A DNA stretch of 64,000 nucleotides. Origin: an uncultured Treponemataceae bacterium. GTDB taxonomy: Bacteria; Spirochaetota; Spirochaetia; Treponematales; UBA12059. Positions 42,937 to 53,026 of this stretch are shown piece by piece. Position 1 is the stretch's first letter. Each line of letters opens with the position of its first letter. The stretch is taken from contig CAYZZW010000001.1 in assembly GCA_964482955.1 (NCBI GenBank), positions 95,780-159,779 on the forward strand. Direction: 5' to 3'. Under the pieces are notes generated by a model. It did not search any database. It saw only the letters and a list, made by a program, of their open reading frames with translations, and had not been told where the DNA came from. The translations under genes were made by a program, and so were the position numbers.

Positions 42937-44577
42937 CTATTCCTCGACCGAGGAGGAGGTCCCGAGGGCGGCGCGGAGGTCTTCGACGCTCCGGCCGTTT
43001 TCCTCGCCGATGTCGCGCAGGCCGCCGAGGGCGCCGCTCATCGCCTCGAAGCAGGCCAGCGTGGCGCGGCAGCGCTCCATGACCGCCGACGAGGTCTTTT
43101 CGACCTCCCGGATGCTCTCGGACGAGCGCCCGATGGCCCCGCGCGACAGCGTCATGGCCTGCTTCGTCGGCTCGGAAAGCGAGGCGGCGCGCGTGGCCGC
43201 CGCCGCGATGTCGCCCGCGCCGAGCGAAATCTCCTCGACGCCGCCCAGGAGCTCGCCGATCATGCCCGCGACGTCCCGCGTCTCCGCCGCGATGCGCTTG
43301 AAGTACTTTTCCAGCCGGTCGTCCTCGGCCTCGATCTTCCCGATGCTCTCGCGCGTGTCCTTGAGCGTGTCGGCGATCACGCGCGAGCTGCGCGACGTCT
43401 CCTCGGCCAGCTTGCGGATCTGGTCCGCGACTACAGCAAAGCCGCGGCCCGCCACCCCCGCGTGCGCCGCCTCGATCGACGCGTTCATGCCGAGCAGGTT
43501 GGTGCGGTCGGCCACGTCGACGATGAAAGTCGACAGTTCGAGCATGCGGTCCGCGGAATCGAGGGCTTCCTGCACCGCGCGCCTGATCGAGGCGATTCGC
43601 CCCTCGCCGTCGCGGGCCAGGTCCGTGAGGCCGTCGACCGAATCGCGCTTTTCCTTCGTCCGCGAGCCGATGGTCCGGATGGACGCCGCCATCTGCTCGA
43701 TCGCGGCCGACACCGCGTCCACTTCCTTCGAATACCCGACGAGCGCCTCGGACACCGTGTCCTGGCCGCGCACCGCTTTGTCGTTGTCCGCCACCGAGCG
43801 GCCGAGCGCGGTCTCGAGCCCCGCCGCCCCCGTCTCGATGCCGCGGACCGCGTCCTCCGCGGAGCGGATCGCGTCCGTCGTGGCGCCGATGGACGACAGG
43901 AGCCGCTTGCCGATCGCGTCCGCCTGTTCGCGCACCCGCCCGACCGCGCGCTCCATGGTCTCGCGGCGGGTCCGCTCGTTCAGCGCGTCGCGCTCGACGC
44001 GCTCGACCAGCTTCACCTGGTTGGCAACGATGGAACGGCCGAAGAGACCGCCCGCGATGATCATGATCGCGCTCGTCACCAGCGACTGGATGTCGAGCAG
44101 GGTCGGGGGCAGTCCGGAGGGCCGGAGCGTGTCGAAGACATAGATGACGCCGATCGCGCCGAGGTTGAGCACCATGAGGACGAGAGGCTGAATGGGACGG
44201 GAGGAGATGAGCGCGGTCGTAATGAGGAGGAAACCGCCGAGCGTTCCGAAGACATAGGCCTCGTAGATGTTTTTGTACTCGTCGTACTTGATCGCCAGGA
44301 ACATGACCGCGAACAGGCCGTAAGCGAAAACGCTCGACGCCACGCGGTACAGCCCCGCGCGAAGGAGCCCGAGCACGACGGCGCAAAAACAGGCGAAACC
44401 CGCCAGCAGACCGGCCACCGCCACGGCACCCGTCAGTGCCATGACCGCCGCCAGCGCCACGGCGAGCGAACCGATAGAAAGCGTCACCGAGGCGAGCGTC
44501 CCGCTCTTCGAGCGGACGATCATGGACGCCGCGACGTACGGCTTCGTGAAATAGCTGACCAGGGGATTCGCTGCCAT
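42937..44577 (-). CDS. methyl-accepting chemotaxis protein with a polytopic membrane N-terminus
   Basis: A 546-aa ORF with about 6 TM segments. The MCP signalling domain follows ([33 protein letters not shown]). Confidence 0.85.
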   Translation of the reverse strand: MAANPLVSYFTKPYVAASMIVRSKSGTLASVTLSIGSLAVALAAVMALTGAVAVAGLLAGFACFCAVVLGLLRAGLYRVASSVFAYGLFAVMFLAIKYDEYKNIYEAYVFGTLGGFLLITTALISSRPIQPLVLMVLNLGAIGVIYVFDTLRPSGLPPTLLDIQSLVTSAIMIIAGGLFGRSIVANQVKLVERVERDALNERTRRETMERAVGRVREQADAIGKRLLSSIGATTDAIRSAEDAVRGIETGAAGLETALGRSVADNDKAVRGQDTVSEALVGYSKEVDAVSAAIEQMAASIRTIGSRTKEKRDSVDGLTDLARDGEGRIASIRRAVQEALDSADRMLELSTFIVDVADRTNLLGMNASIEAAHAGVAGRGFAVVADQIRKLAEETSRSSRVIADTLKDTRESIGKIEAEDDRLEKYFKRIAAETRDVAGMIGELLGGVEEISLGAGDIAAAATRAASLSEPTKQAMTLSRGAIGRSSESIREVEKTSSAVMERCRATLACFEAMSGALGGLRDIGEENGRSVEDLRAALGTSSSVEE

Positions 44578-44662
44578 CGACCGCTCCGACGTTACCCGTT
44601 TGCGCGCACGCGCGACCGGGTAATTCTAAATCTTTAAAAACGGGAATGCAAAGGCGGCAAGG

Positions 44663-45235
44663 TCAAAAACTGGCTATAAAGAAGACGCCAAGGAGGAGAA
44701 GGGTCTCCCGCGTCGGGTCGTCGAGCGTCGGCTCGACCTTGGAAAGCTCGTCCACGTACCAGTAGAACAGGCCCAGCTTCGGGTCGATGCGGAACACGTA
44801 TTCGGAAAAGTCGCGGGCGGCGGCGTGCGCGCCGAACAAGAGCTTCGCAAGACCCTTGGCCAGCGCGACGAAACGCGGATAGGCGTCACGCGCGGCGCGG
44901 GCGCGGAAAGCCTCGACGAACGACTCGAGCGAAAAAGCCACGTCGGCCTTGAGCTCCTCGTCGTGCTTTTCCACCCAGGTCTTGTCCACGAGGAGCAGCG
45001 TATTCTCGCGGAAGGCGCCCACGAGCGCGTCCACGCGCGCGGCGCGGTCGCCCGGCGAGCCCGTGACGAAGCGGGAGAATTCGCCCGGGTTCCCGAGCAC
45101 GTTCGCGAACGCGACCGCGTATTGCTCGCGCAGGAGCGCGCTGTCGGAACCCGCGAGGAGCGGAAAGATCTCGAACGCCGCGCGCTCGACTTCCGCGGCG
45201 GCGGGATCGTCCGTCACGTACCCGGTGAAAACCAT
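44663..45235 (-). CDS. hypothetical protein (190 aa)
   Basis: This is the last 190 codons of the artefactual 1668-aa ORF 44663..49669, starting at ATG 45235 (MVFTGYVTDDPAAAEVERAAFEIFPLL..). The composition changes there from Arg/Gly-rich junk to protein-like. Confidence 0.5.
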   Translation of the reverse strand: MVFTGYVTDDPAAAEVERAAFEIFPLLAGSDSALLREQYAVAFANVLGNPGEFSRFVTGSPGDRAARVDALVGAFRENTLLLVDKTWVEKHDEELKADVAFSLESFVEAFRARAARDAYPRFVALAKGLAKLLFGAHAAARDFSEYVFRIDPKLGLFYWYVDELSKVEPTLDDPTRETLLLLGVFFIASF

Positions 45236-45422
45236 GCGCGTAGAGTGCCGAAGCCCGCCCCTCCGTGTCAATACTGCGAGTAACGCAGGGGGCGCCATCA
45301 TCCGGTACGCGGTCGCCGACGCCGGACGCGCCCCCTGGCCCGCGCCTCCTCGGGCTCCGCCCTGCGGGGTCGCGTGCCTCCCCGCGGCCTGCCGGGCGCG
45401 CGGAGGCCGCATCCGTGCGGCG

Positions 45423-45451
45423 TTGCGCGCGGAAGCCGCGGACGGTATCAT
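45423..45451 (+). promoter_or_regulatory. leaderless-type promoter TTGCGC-N17-TATCAT-N6-ATG (DUF4954-like gene)
   Basis: The -10 box ends 6 nt before ATG 45458 and there is no SD. Confidence 0.5.
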
Positions 45452-45457
45452 TGAACC

Positions 45458-47683
45458 ATGAACGACATCAAGGTCCTGCCGTACGCGAGCCTCGGCTCCG
45501 GCTTCGTCCCGCCCGAGTTCATCCCCGAGGGCGCCGACGAGCACTACCTCCGCGACGAAAAACTCCGCAAGCCGAAAGACTCCTACCGGCGCCTCCGCTC
45601 CGAGGAGATCGAGACGCTCGCCCTGCGCGGCAACGCCTGCTCGGACTGGGACCAGGTGCTCGTGCGCGACCCCTTCGATCCGACGCTCGTGCGCGACTGC
45701 GACTTTTCCGGCCTCGTGCGCCTCGGGTCCATCGTCCGCTCCGTCGTCGAGCACCACGACCTCACCGTGCCCGCGGGCCTCTCGAACTCGCGGATCGTCT
45801 CCTGCGACATCGGCGACGGCTGCGCCGTCCACGACTGCGACTACCTGGCGCACTACTCGGTCGGCGACGGCTGCGTCCTCATCGGCAACGGCGAGATCCA
45901 CGCCACGAACCACGCGAAGTTCGGGAGCGGCGTCGTCATGGACGGCGAGGACGAGGCCGTGCGCGTGTGGATCGACGTGATGAACGAGGCCGGCGGCCGC
46001 TCCATCCTGCCCTTCGACGGCATGATCGCGGCGGACGCGTACCTGTGGGCCAAGCGCCGCGGGAACGCGAAGCTGATGGAGCGCTTCACGGCCATCACGC
46101 AAGCCGGTTTCGACACGCGCCGCGGCGCCTACGGCGAGATCGGCGACCATTGCGTGCTCAAGCACAACCGCATCGTGAAGGACGTCCGCATCGGTCCCTG
46201 CGCCTACGTGAAGGGCGCCAACAAGCTCAAGAACCTCACCATCCACTCGAGCGACCGCGAGCGCACGCAGATCGGGGAGGGCGTCGAGCTGGTGAACGGC
46301 ATCGTCGGCTACGGCTGCCGCGTCTTCTACGGCGTGAAAGCCGTCCGCTTCGTCCTCGGGAACAATTCCGCGCTCAAGTACGGCGCGCGCCTCATCCACT
46401 CCGTGCTCGGCGACAACTCCACGGTGTCGTGCTGCGAAATGCTCAACAACCTCGTATTCCCGGCGCACGAGCAGCACCACAACACGAGCTTCCTTATCGC
46501 CGCGCTCGTCCGCGGCCAGTCCAACATGGCCGCCGGCGCCACCATCGGCTCCAACCACAACTCGCGCGCCAACGACGGCGAGATCGACGCCGGCCGCGGC
46601 TTCTGGCCCGGCCTGTCCACGTCGCTCAAGCACTCGTCGCGCTTCGCCTCGTACGTCCTTCTGTCCAAGGGCGACTACGAGCACGAGCTCGACGTCCCCC
46701 TGCCCTTCTGCCTCGTCTCCGACGACCGGGCCCGCGACCGCCTCGTCCTCATGCCGGCGTACTGGTGGCTCTACAACATGTACGCGCTCATGCGGAACGA
46801 AGCGAAGCTCGGGAAGCGCGACACGCGCCTCACGAAGGTCCAGCGCACGGAGCTCTCGCCCTTCGCGCCGGACACCGCGGAAGAAATGTTCCGCGGCATC
46901 GCCTTGCTGGAAACCTGGGCAGGACGCGCCGCGTGCCGCCGCGACGGCAAACGCGCGCCCGACACCGAGGCCGCGCTCCGCGCCGAAGGGACGCGGCTCC
47001 TCTCGCTGCCCGCGGAGGAACTCGATGGCGTCGACATCCTCGCGGACGGCGTGGAAAACTCGAACCGCCCCGCCGTCGTGCTCAAGGCCGGCAAGGCGTG
47101 GAAAGCCTACAAGCGCATGATCCGCTTTTACGCCGCGCGCGCCGTCGTGGACGCCTTCGACGCCCGACCCGAACCGGACCTCGAAATCCTCGCGGACCTC
47201 TTCGCCCTTCCGCGCGTCCGGTCGTGGGAAAATCTCGGCGGCCTCGTCACGCCGCGCTTCCGCGTCGACGAACTCGAGCGGAAGATCGCCGAAGGGGAAC
47301 TCGCGTCGTGGGACGCCATCCACGCCGCGTACGACGCCATGGCCGCGGACTACCCGCGCGACCGCCTCGCGCACGCCTGCGCCTGCCTCCGCGACCTCGA
47401 GCCCGCGGACGGCGGGAAGACGGCGTGGCCCGGCGCCCTCGTCGCGGAACTGGCCCGCTTCGCCGAAACCACCGACTGGATCGCCGAGCAAGTGTTCATC
47501 ACCCGCAAGAAGGACTACGACAACCGCTTCCGCAAGTCGACCTTCGAGAGCGACGCCGAACAGCGCGCCGTCTCCGGCGACCCCGCGTCGAATCCCTTCG
47601 TCCTCCAGACCAGAGCAGACATGGCGAGCTTGAAAGCGCGCGCGGAACGGCTGGCAGAAAGGCTGAAGAAGGGAAGACGGTAA
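45458..47683 (+). CDS. large left-handed beta-helix-like protein (DUF4954-like)
   Basis: A 741-aa ORF with a hexapeptide-like periodicity (IGDGCAVHDC, VGDGCVLIGNGEI, IGEGVELVNGIV, LGDNSTVSCCEM, AGATIGSNHNSRANDGE). The family name is a recollection and has not been verified. A leaderless-type promoter lies upstream. Confidence 0.6.
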   Translation: MNDIKVLPYASLGSGFVPPEFIPEGADEHYLRDEKLRKPKDSYRRLRSEEIETLALRGNACSDWDQVLVRDPFDPTLVRDCDFSGLVRLGSIVRSVVEHHDLTVPAGLSNSRIVSCDIGDGCAVHDCDYLAHYSVGDGCVLIGNGEIHATNHAKFGSGVVMDGEDEAVRVWIDVMNEAGGRSILPFDGMIAADAYLWAKRRGNAKLMERFTAITQAGFDTRRGAYGEIGDHCVLKHNRIVKDVRIGPCAYVKGANKLKNLTIHSSDRERTQIGEGVELVNGIVGYGCRVFYGVKAVRFVLGNNSALKYGARLIHSVLGDNSTVSCCEMLNNLVFPAHEQHHNTSFLIAALVRGQSNMAAGATIGSNHNSRANDGEIDAGRGFWPGLSTSLKHSSRFASYVLLSKGDYEHELDVPLPFCLVSDDRARDRLVLMPAYWWLYNMYALMRNEAKLGKRDTRLTKVQRTELSPFAPDTAEEMFRGIALLETWAGRAACRRDGKRAPDTEAALRAEGTRLLSLPAEELDGVDILADGVENSNRPAVVLKAGKAWKAYKRMIRFYAARAVVDAFDARPEPDLEILADLFALPRVRSWENLGGLVTPRFRVDELERKIAEGELASWDAIHAAYDAMAADYPRDRLAHACACLRDLEPADGGKTAWPGALVAELARFAETTDWIAEQVFITRKKDYDNRFRKSTFESDAEQRAVSGDPASNPFVLQTRADMASLKARAERLAERLKKGRR

Positions 47684-47694
47684 GGGGATTCTCG

Positions 47695-49635
47695 CTACAC
47701 CGTATACCGGTCCAGCGCCGCGCCGAGATCCTGGATGGACGCGAAGGTGTCGTCGTAGGAGGCGTTGATCTTCCCGAAGAGGTCGGCGATGACGTCCATG
47801 CCGGCCACCACGCCGCGGTTCGCCTCGCCGGTCTGCGCCACGAGGGCGGACAGCTTTCCGAGCGCGTTGGACAGGACGCCCTTCATCTCGGCGATCCGGT
47901 CCGACGCCTCGCGCATGCGCACGTTGATGGAGCGGAGCTCGGCTATCTCGGCCAGCGTCTCCTTGGCGGCGGCGCTTTCGCGCGCGCTCGATTCGGAGAT
48001 CTGCTGCATGCCCGCGCCCGTGGCGGAGAGTTCCTCGAGAATGGACGCAAACACGGCGCTGATGCGGGCGTTCAGCTCCTCGACGGCCTGGTTCCGCTCG
48101 ATGATGCCCTTCACGAAATTCTCGATCTCCGTGGCCGCGGACGCCGTGCTCACGGACAGCTTCCGCACCTCGCCCGCCACGACCGCGAAGCCCTTGCCCG
48201 CCTGGCCCGCGTGCGCGGCCTCGATGGACGCGTTCATCGCCAGCAGGTTCGAGCGCTGCGACACTTCCATGATCATCGACGCCATCTCGCGGATCTTCGC
48301 GTTGGCCTCCACCATGGCGCGGTTCGCCGCCACGAGGTCCGCCACGCCGCGCTCGCCCGAGCGCAGGTCGTGCGCGAGCCCCTCGAAGCGCCCCGCCGTG
48401 CCCACCGCCAGGTCGCTCGCGTTGCGGAACGACTCCGCCATGGCGCCCATGGAGAGCGACACCTTTTCGATGAACTCGCTCTGCCCCTTCGAGCGCTCGA
48501 GCGTCTCGTCGATGGAGCCGATGAGCTTGCCGAAATCCTTCGATACTTCGGTGATGACCGCCGCTTCTGCTTTTTCGTTCTCCTGGAGCCCGGCCACCTT
48601 TCCGGCCACGCGCTCCGCCTGCTCCTTCGAGCGGTCCACCAGCTCCTTCGTGCGCTCGCCCGCGCCCCGCACGCCCTTCTCCGCCCTCCCGATGGCGATG
48701 AAGCTGTCGCGCAGGTGGTCCAGGACGCGGTTGACGCCGGAGGTCATGTAGCCGATGTCGTCGTAACTGATGATGTAGATCCGCTTCGAGAGGTTCATCG
48801 AGCCGGAAGCCAGTTCGTCCACCTGTTTCTGGAGGTGCTTGATGTGCGCCTGGTTTTCCGCGAGCAGGGTGACGAGCACGCCCACCGCGATGGCGGCCAG
48901 CAGGACGAAAAACGGCACGTAATGCCGTGCGGCTTCCGCGAGGGCCATGGGCGGCATGCCGCGCTCGACCATGATGAAATAGTAGGCGAACGCTCCCGCC
49001 AGGAACACGAACACCACGAGCACGAGGAGGGCGACCGGCGCGCCGAGCTTGGCGAAGGTCTTGTCCGTGCGCTTTTCGCCGTCCAGCACGGTGATCCCCA
49101 TGGCGTATTTCGCGTCGATCCACGCCAGGTTGACCATGCGCGCCGTGATGATGCCGTTCAGGACGCCGTACGCGACGCTGAGCATGTAGCGGAACCCCCA
49201 GAACACGGGGTCGGGCGCGACGCCCCGCAGCGTCGCCATGACCATGTTCAGGAAACCGCCGAACACGTACGCGACGATGCCAATGACGAACAGGAAACTC
49301 TCGATGGACCGGAACGCCTTCATCGAGCGTTCGACCGTCGCCGCGTCGAGCGAACCGCCGCAGGCGATGGATTTCAGGGCCTTGGCGATGGGGCGGTAAA
49401 ACAGGTAGACGAACGCCGTTGCCGCCGGCCCGATGAACAGCACCACGGAGATCATGCGCCGCCAGAACTCCGCGGTCTCCTCCTTGCCCATGATGAAAAA
49501 GGCGGGCAGCAGGGCCGAATAGGCGAAAATCGACAGGTAGATGCTGGCGAAGGTGGCGGCGAGCACCTTGATCGTTATCTTGCGGGTATCCTTGCACTTT
49601 CCGGTCGTGCCGGAATCGTCCATGACGTTTTCCAT
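47695..49635 (-). CDS. methyl-accepting chemotaxis protein with a polytopic membrane N-terminus
   Basis: A 646-aa ORF with multiple TM segments. The signalling domain is [32 protein letters not shown]. Confidence 0.85.
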   Translation of the reverse strand: MENVMDDSGTTGKCKDTRKITIKVLAATFASIYLSIFAYSALLPAFFIMGKEETAEFWRRMISVVLFIGPAATAFVYLFYRPIAKALKSIACGGSLDAATVERSMKAFRSIESFLFVIGIVAYVFGGFLNMVMATLRGVAPDPVFWGFRYMLSVAYGVLNGIITARMVNLAWIDAKYAMGITVLDGEKRTDKTFAKLGAPVALLVLVVFVFLAGAFAYYFIMVERGMPPMALAEAARHYVPFFVLLAAIAVGVLVTLLAENQAHIKHLQKQVDELASGSMNLSKRIYIISYDDIGYMTSGVNRVLDHLRDSFIAIGRAEKGVRGAGERTKELVDRSKEQAERVAGKVAGLQENEKAEAAVITEVSKDFGKLIGSIDETLERSKGQSEFIEKVSLSMGAMAESFRNASDLAVGTAGRFEGLAHDLRSGERGVADLVAANRAMVEANAKIREMASMIMEVSQRSNLLAMNASIEAAHAGQAGKGFAVVAGEVRKLSVSTASAATEIENFVKGIIERNQAVEELNARISAVFASILEELSATGAGMQQISESSARESAAAKETLAEIAELRSINVRMREASDRIAEMKGVLSNALGKLSALVAQTGEANRGVVAGMDVIADLFGKINASYDDTFASIQDLGAALDRYTV

Positions 49636-49748
49636 AACGCCATTGTAGCGAAAACCGCGCGGCCTGCAAGCGCTTTCGTTACACTCGATTTACCGGTTTA
49701 GCGGGACGTGCCGTTCCGTCCGCCCCGGCCGCCGCGCGCCCCGACCGG

Positions 49749-49780
49749 AAAAAAACGGCCGCCGGATTGCACCGGCGGCC
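49749..49780 (-). terminator. intrinsic terminator after serC
   Basis: On the minus strand: GGCCGCCGG-tgcaat-CCGGCGGCC followed by a T7 run. Confidence 0.75.
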
Positions 49781-49802
49781 GCGTCGAATCGCGTAAAAAG
49801 CG

Positions 49803-50897
49803 TTACGCCTTGTTCTTGGCCATGAAGTCCTGCATGAACTGCACGGTGTATTCCACGTCCTTGAGGGACACGGCGTTGTACGCGGACAGGCGGATGCCGC
49901 CCATGGAGCGGTAGCCCTTCGTCTGCACGATGCCGGCGGCCTTCGCGTCCTTGATGAACTTGTCGTCCAGCTCCGGCGTGGGGAGCTTGAAGTCGATGTT
50001 CATCCACGAGCGCGAATCGACGTTCGCGAGTCCCTTGTAGTAGCCGTTCGAGCCGTCGATCGCCGAGTACAGGAGCTTCTGCTTCTGCTCGTTGATCTTG
50101 CCCATAGCGGCCAGGCCGCCGTTCTTCTTGAGCCACTTCATCACGAGGTTGAGGATGTAGATGGAGAAGCAGGGCGGCGTGTTGAACATGGACTGCTTGT
50201 CCTTGAACACCTTGTACGACATCATCGTGGGCAGGTCGTCGTGCGCCTTCATGAGGAACTCGTCCTTCATCGCCACGACCGTCACGCCCGACGGGCCGAG
50301 GTTCTTCTGGGCGCCGGCGTAGATCATGCTGAACTTCGTGAAGTCGAGCGGGCGGCTGAAGATGTCGGACGACATGTCGCAGACGAGCGGCTTGCCCTTC
50401 ACGTCGGGGATGTAGCTCCACTCGGTGCCGCACACCGTGTTGTTGCTCGTGTAGTGCACGTACTCGGCGGCGGGATTGAGCTTGAGGTCGCCCTGCTTCG
50501 GGATGGCCACGAACTTCTCGCCCTCGAGCTCCATGTTCGCCGGGTGCGTGATCGTGCCGAAGCGCTTGGCTTCCTTCACCGCGGCCTTGGACCAGTTGCC
50601 CGTGACGATGTAGTCGGCCTGCTTGCCCGCGCCGAGGAAGTTCATCGGCAGCATGAGGAACTGCGTGGACGCGCCGCCCGTGGTGAAGAGGACGTTGTAG
50701 TCCTTCGGAAGGCCGGCCAGCTCGCGGAACAGGTCCATCGTCTCCATGTGGAGCGCGTCGTATTCCTTGCCGCGGTGCGACACTTCCATCACGGAACAGC
50801 CGGTGCCGTTCCAGTCGAGCATTTCGTCGCGCGCCTGCTCGAGCACTTCGACGGGGATCGCCGCGGGTCCGGCGCTGTAGTTGATCACTCGCTTCAT
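49803..50897 (-). CDS. serC: 3-phosphoserine aminotransferase
   Basis: A 364-aa ORF. The N-terminus is INYSAGPAAIPVEVL and the PLP lysine region is YAGAQKNLGPSG. A terminator lies downstream at 49749..49780. Confidence 0.9.
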   Translation of the reverse strand: MKRVINYSAGPAAIPVEVLEQARDEMLDWNGTGCSVMEVSHRGKEYDALHMETMDLFRELAGLPKDYNVLFTTGGASTQFLMLPMNFLGAGKQADYIVTGNWSKAAVKEAKRFGTITHPANMELEGEKFVAIPKQGDLKLNPAAEYVHYTSNNTVCGTEWSYIPDVKGKPLVCDMSSDIFSRPLDFTKFSMIYAGAQKNLGPSGVTVVAMKDEFLMKAHDDLPTMMSYKVFKDKQSMFNTPPCFSIYILNLVMKWLKKNGGLAAMGKINEQKQKLLYSAIDGSNGYYKGLANVDSRSWMNIDFKLPTPELDDKFIKDAKAAGIVQTKGYRSMGGIRLSAYNAVSLKDVEYTVQFMQDFMAKNKA

Positions 50898-51005
50898 ATC
50901 AGTCTCCTTTGTATGGGGATGGGGGATGTCTCCCCCCTCGCTCCAAAGTCCTCGCCGCCCGGACGCAAGGTCCGCGCGGCTCCGGGCTTTTCCGCGACCC
51001 CCCTC

Positions 51006-51878
51006 TTACTTGCCGGCGTAGGCCTTCACGCGATCGACGATGCAATCGCCGAGGCGGAGGAGGTTCTCTTCGGTCGAGGCGCCGAGGTGCGGCGTGAGGA
51101 CCGTCTTCGGGGCCGTGAGGAGCGGCGAGCCCTCGGGCGGCTCCTTGTTGAACACGTCGGCCGCGTAGCCGCCGAGCTGGCCGCTCTTGAGCGCCGCCAC
51201 CACGTCGTCCTCGACGATGAGCTGGCCGCGGGCCGTGTTGATGACGCGCGCGCCCTTCTTCATCTTGGCGATGGCGGCCGCGTTGATCATGCCCTTCGTC
51301 TCGTCCGTGAGCGGCGTATGCAGCGAGATGTAATCGGACTGCTTGAACACCTCGTCCAGGCTGACCATCTGGGCCGCGTCGGACTTCTCGACGTACTTGT
51401 CGTACGCGATCACCTTCATGCCGAAGGCCTTGGCGCGGGACGCCACTTCGCGCGCGATGCGCCCGATGCCGACGAAACCGATCGTCTTGCCGGACAGCTC
51501 GACGCGCTCGAGTTCCTTCTTGAGCCACTTGCCCTGCTTCATGGAGGCGTCCGCCTCCGCGACGTTGCACGGCATGGAAATCATGAGGGCGAAGGCCAGC
51601 TCGGCGACCGCGAGGCTCGACGCCTCGGGGGTGTTGTCCACCTTGATGTTCTTCGTCTTGGCGTACTCGACGTCGATCGTGTCCACGCCCACGCCGCCGC
51701 GGATGATGTACTTGAGCTTGGGAGCCTTGTCCATCATCGCCTTGTCCACCTTGGTCTTGGACCTGACGACGATGACTTCGGCGTCCGCGACGCGGTTCAT
51801 GTCTGTCGTCAGCTCGCCGAAGGCCTTGAGGCGATCGGGAAGGTCGGGCGCGAAAGCGTCGGCCAGCAGAATAACCAT
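51006..51878 (-). CDS. serA: D-3-phosphoglycerate / 2-hydroxyacid dehydrogenase (short form, no ACT domain)
   Basis: Based on ORF 51006..51980, with the start moved to ATG 51878 (MVILLADAF..), 7 nt after AGGAGG. The NAD site is GFVGIGRIAREVA and the catalytic region is LTPHLGAST. Its position next to serC supports the assignment. Confidence 0.75.
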   Translation of the reverse strand: MVILLADAFAPDLPDRLKAFGELTTDMNRVADAEVIVVRSKTKVDKAMMDKAPKLKYIIRGGVGVDTIDVEYAKTKNIKVDNTPEASSLAVAELAFALMISMPCNVAEADASMKQGKWLKKELERVELSGKTIGFVGIGRIAREVASRAKAFGMKVIAYDKYVEKSDAAQMVSLDEVFKQSDYISLHTPLTDETKGMINAAAIAKMKKGARVINTARGQLIVEDDVVAALKSGQLGGYAADVFNKEPPEGSPLLTAPKTVLTPHLGASTEENLLRLGDCIVDRVKAYAGK

Positions 51879-52087
51879 TGCGTTCCTCCTGGTCTGGGCG
51901 TTGTAATGATAAACCGCCCGTTTTTCGGCGGCCGTGACGAGAAAATCCTGAAACTGAACCCCAGACCTCCATATAAGCACGGTTTCCGCGTATCGTCAAC
52001 CATGAGACGTCTCCGCGTGCCGCCAGACGGTTCGCCCTTCCGCCCTGCGGCTCAGATTACAACGAGCGGGCTTAAACCGAGAGAAGA

Positions 52088-52261
52088 ATGCGGCGGACGG
52101 GTGTCGAACCGGATCAACCCGGGTTTGGGGCATACAAGTACCCGTGACGAATAGGCGAGAGTACTCGCGATATTCGTCGCGGGTACTTGTATGCCCCAGC
52201 CGGCGGTCGCAACCGTTTCGCCATCGGGCGCGGCCTGACGCCAGTAAAGCCGCACGACGGC
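52088..52261 (+). repeat. S-element copy B
   Basis: ATGCGGCGGACGGGTGTC.., a hairpin at 52127..52197 (26/27 bp, loop GGCGAGAGTACTCGCGA), and ..GCCGCACGACGGC. Confidence 0.8.
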
Positions 52262-52323
52262 AAGCAGGCCACATCTCTGTAGTGCGGTTCCATCTTGCAC
52301 CAGGCTCCGGCCGGCATTAACCC

Positions 52324-52454
52324 GGTGTCTGACACCTTTTCGTCGGTGTCTGACACTTTCCCGCCGGGTGCCTGGCACCTTCTCGTCCGACCGGTGCCTG
52401 GCACCTGCTGCGGACTGGTGCCTGGCACCTTTACGTTCGGCCGGTGCCTGGCAG
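52324..52454. repeat. array of six P palindromes (2x GGTGTCTGACAC[C/T], 4x GGTGCCTGGCA[CC/G]) at 21-26 bp spacing
   Basis: The copies start at about 52324, 52345, 52367, 52393, 52417 and 52443. The array is intergenic, between S-element B and the stop codon of the PtsN-like gene. Confidence 0.85.
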
Positions 52455-52461
52455 CGGCGGT

Positions 52462-53004
52462 TCAACCGTTTTCCCAGGAGCGTTCGACGTCTTCGACGAA
52501 GGCGAGGAGGCGGGATTGGGCCGGGCGTTCGGCGAGGAGGGCGCGGAAGTCATCCATGCGGCAGAGGTAAGAGAGGCGGGAAAGCGTCGCGAGGTGGTTC
52601 TTCGAAGAGGCGGAGAGGATGAGGAAAAGTACGGAGACCGGCGTGCGGTCGAGGGCGCCGTATTCGACGGGGGGATCGAGGAAGAACACTGCGACGCGCT
52701 CGTCGGCTTCGTCTCGCAGCAAGGGTGTCCGCGGATGTGGAAACGCGATACCGCGCCCGACCGCGGTCGAATTCATCGCTTCGCGGTCGAGAAGGGCGGC
52801 GAGCAAGCCAGGCTTGTCCGTTCCCTGCGCCAGGTCGAGCAGATCGACCGCGCGCTCCAGCACCAGCGAGACCGCCGCGGTGGCCCTTCCTGCACCCCCG
52901 GCGCTGCCGTGTGCTGATGCGTCGTAGTCGAGGGCGCTACCCGGCGCGGCTAGGCGGTGGACGCCGCCGCGCGTCATCAGCGTACCGATCGAAGCTTGCG
53001 GCAT
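52462..53004 (-). CDS. PTS EIIA type-2 domain protein (PtsN-like)
   Basis: A 180-aa ORF. GRGIAFPHPR carries the phosphorylatable His, and VLFLILSASSKNHLATLSRL is typical of the family. The exact start is uncertain. Confidence 0.7.
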   Translation of the reverse strand: MPQASIGTLMTRGGVHRLAAPGSALDYDASAHGSAGGAGRATAAVSLVLERAVDLLDLAQGTDKPGLLAALLDREAMNSTAVGRGIAFPHPRTPLLRDEADERVAVFFLDPPVEYGALDRTPVSVLFLILSASSKNHLATLSRLSYLCRMDDFRALLAERPAQSRLLAFVEDVERSWENG

Positions 53005-53026
53005 GGCGCCCGAACCGCCGTCCAGC

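Noticed and set aside
44663-49669. A 1668-aa minus-strand ORF, and the overlapping 1478-aa plus-strand ORF 45265..49701.
   Set aside because: The translations are Arg/Gly/Asp/His-rich low-complexity sequence, and they run antisense to or out of frame with three well-supported genes (the DUF4954-like gene, an MCP, and the 190-aa gene). Only the last 190 codons of the minus ORF look protein-like. These are typical high-GC artefacts.
52324-52454. The palindrome array as a possible CRISPR array.
   Set aside because: The repeats are only 13 bp and the spacers only 8-13 bp. There are no cas genes and no leader. The same palindrome occurs singly, in pairs, and inside a CDS.
52367-52454. TGGCAC within GGTGCCTGGCACC as sigma54 -24 elements.
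   Set aside because: No copy has a TTGC/TGC -12 element at the required spacing. The copies are symmetric and tandem, and no downstream gene starts there.
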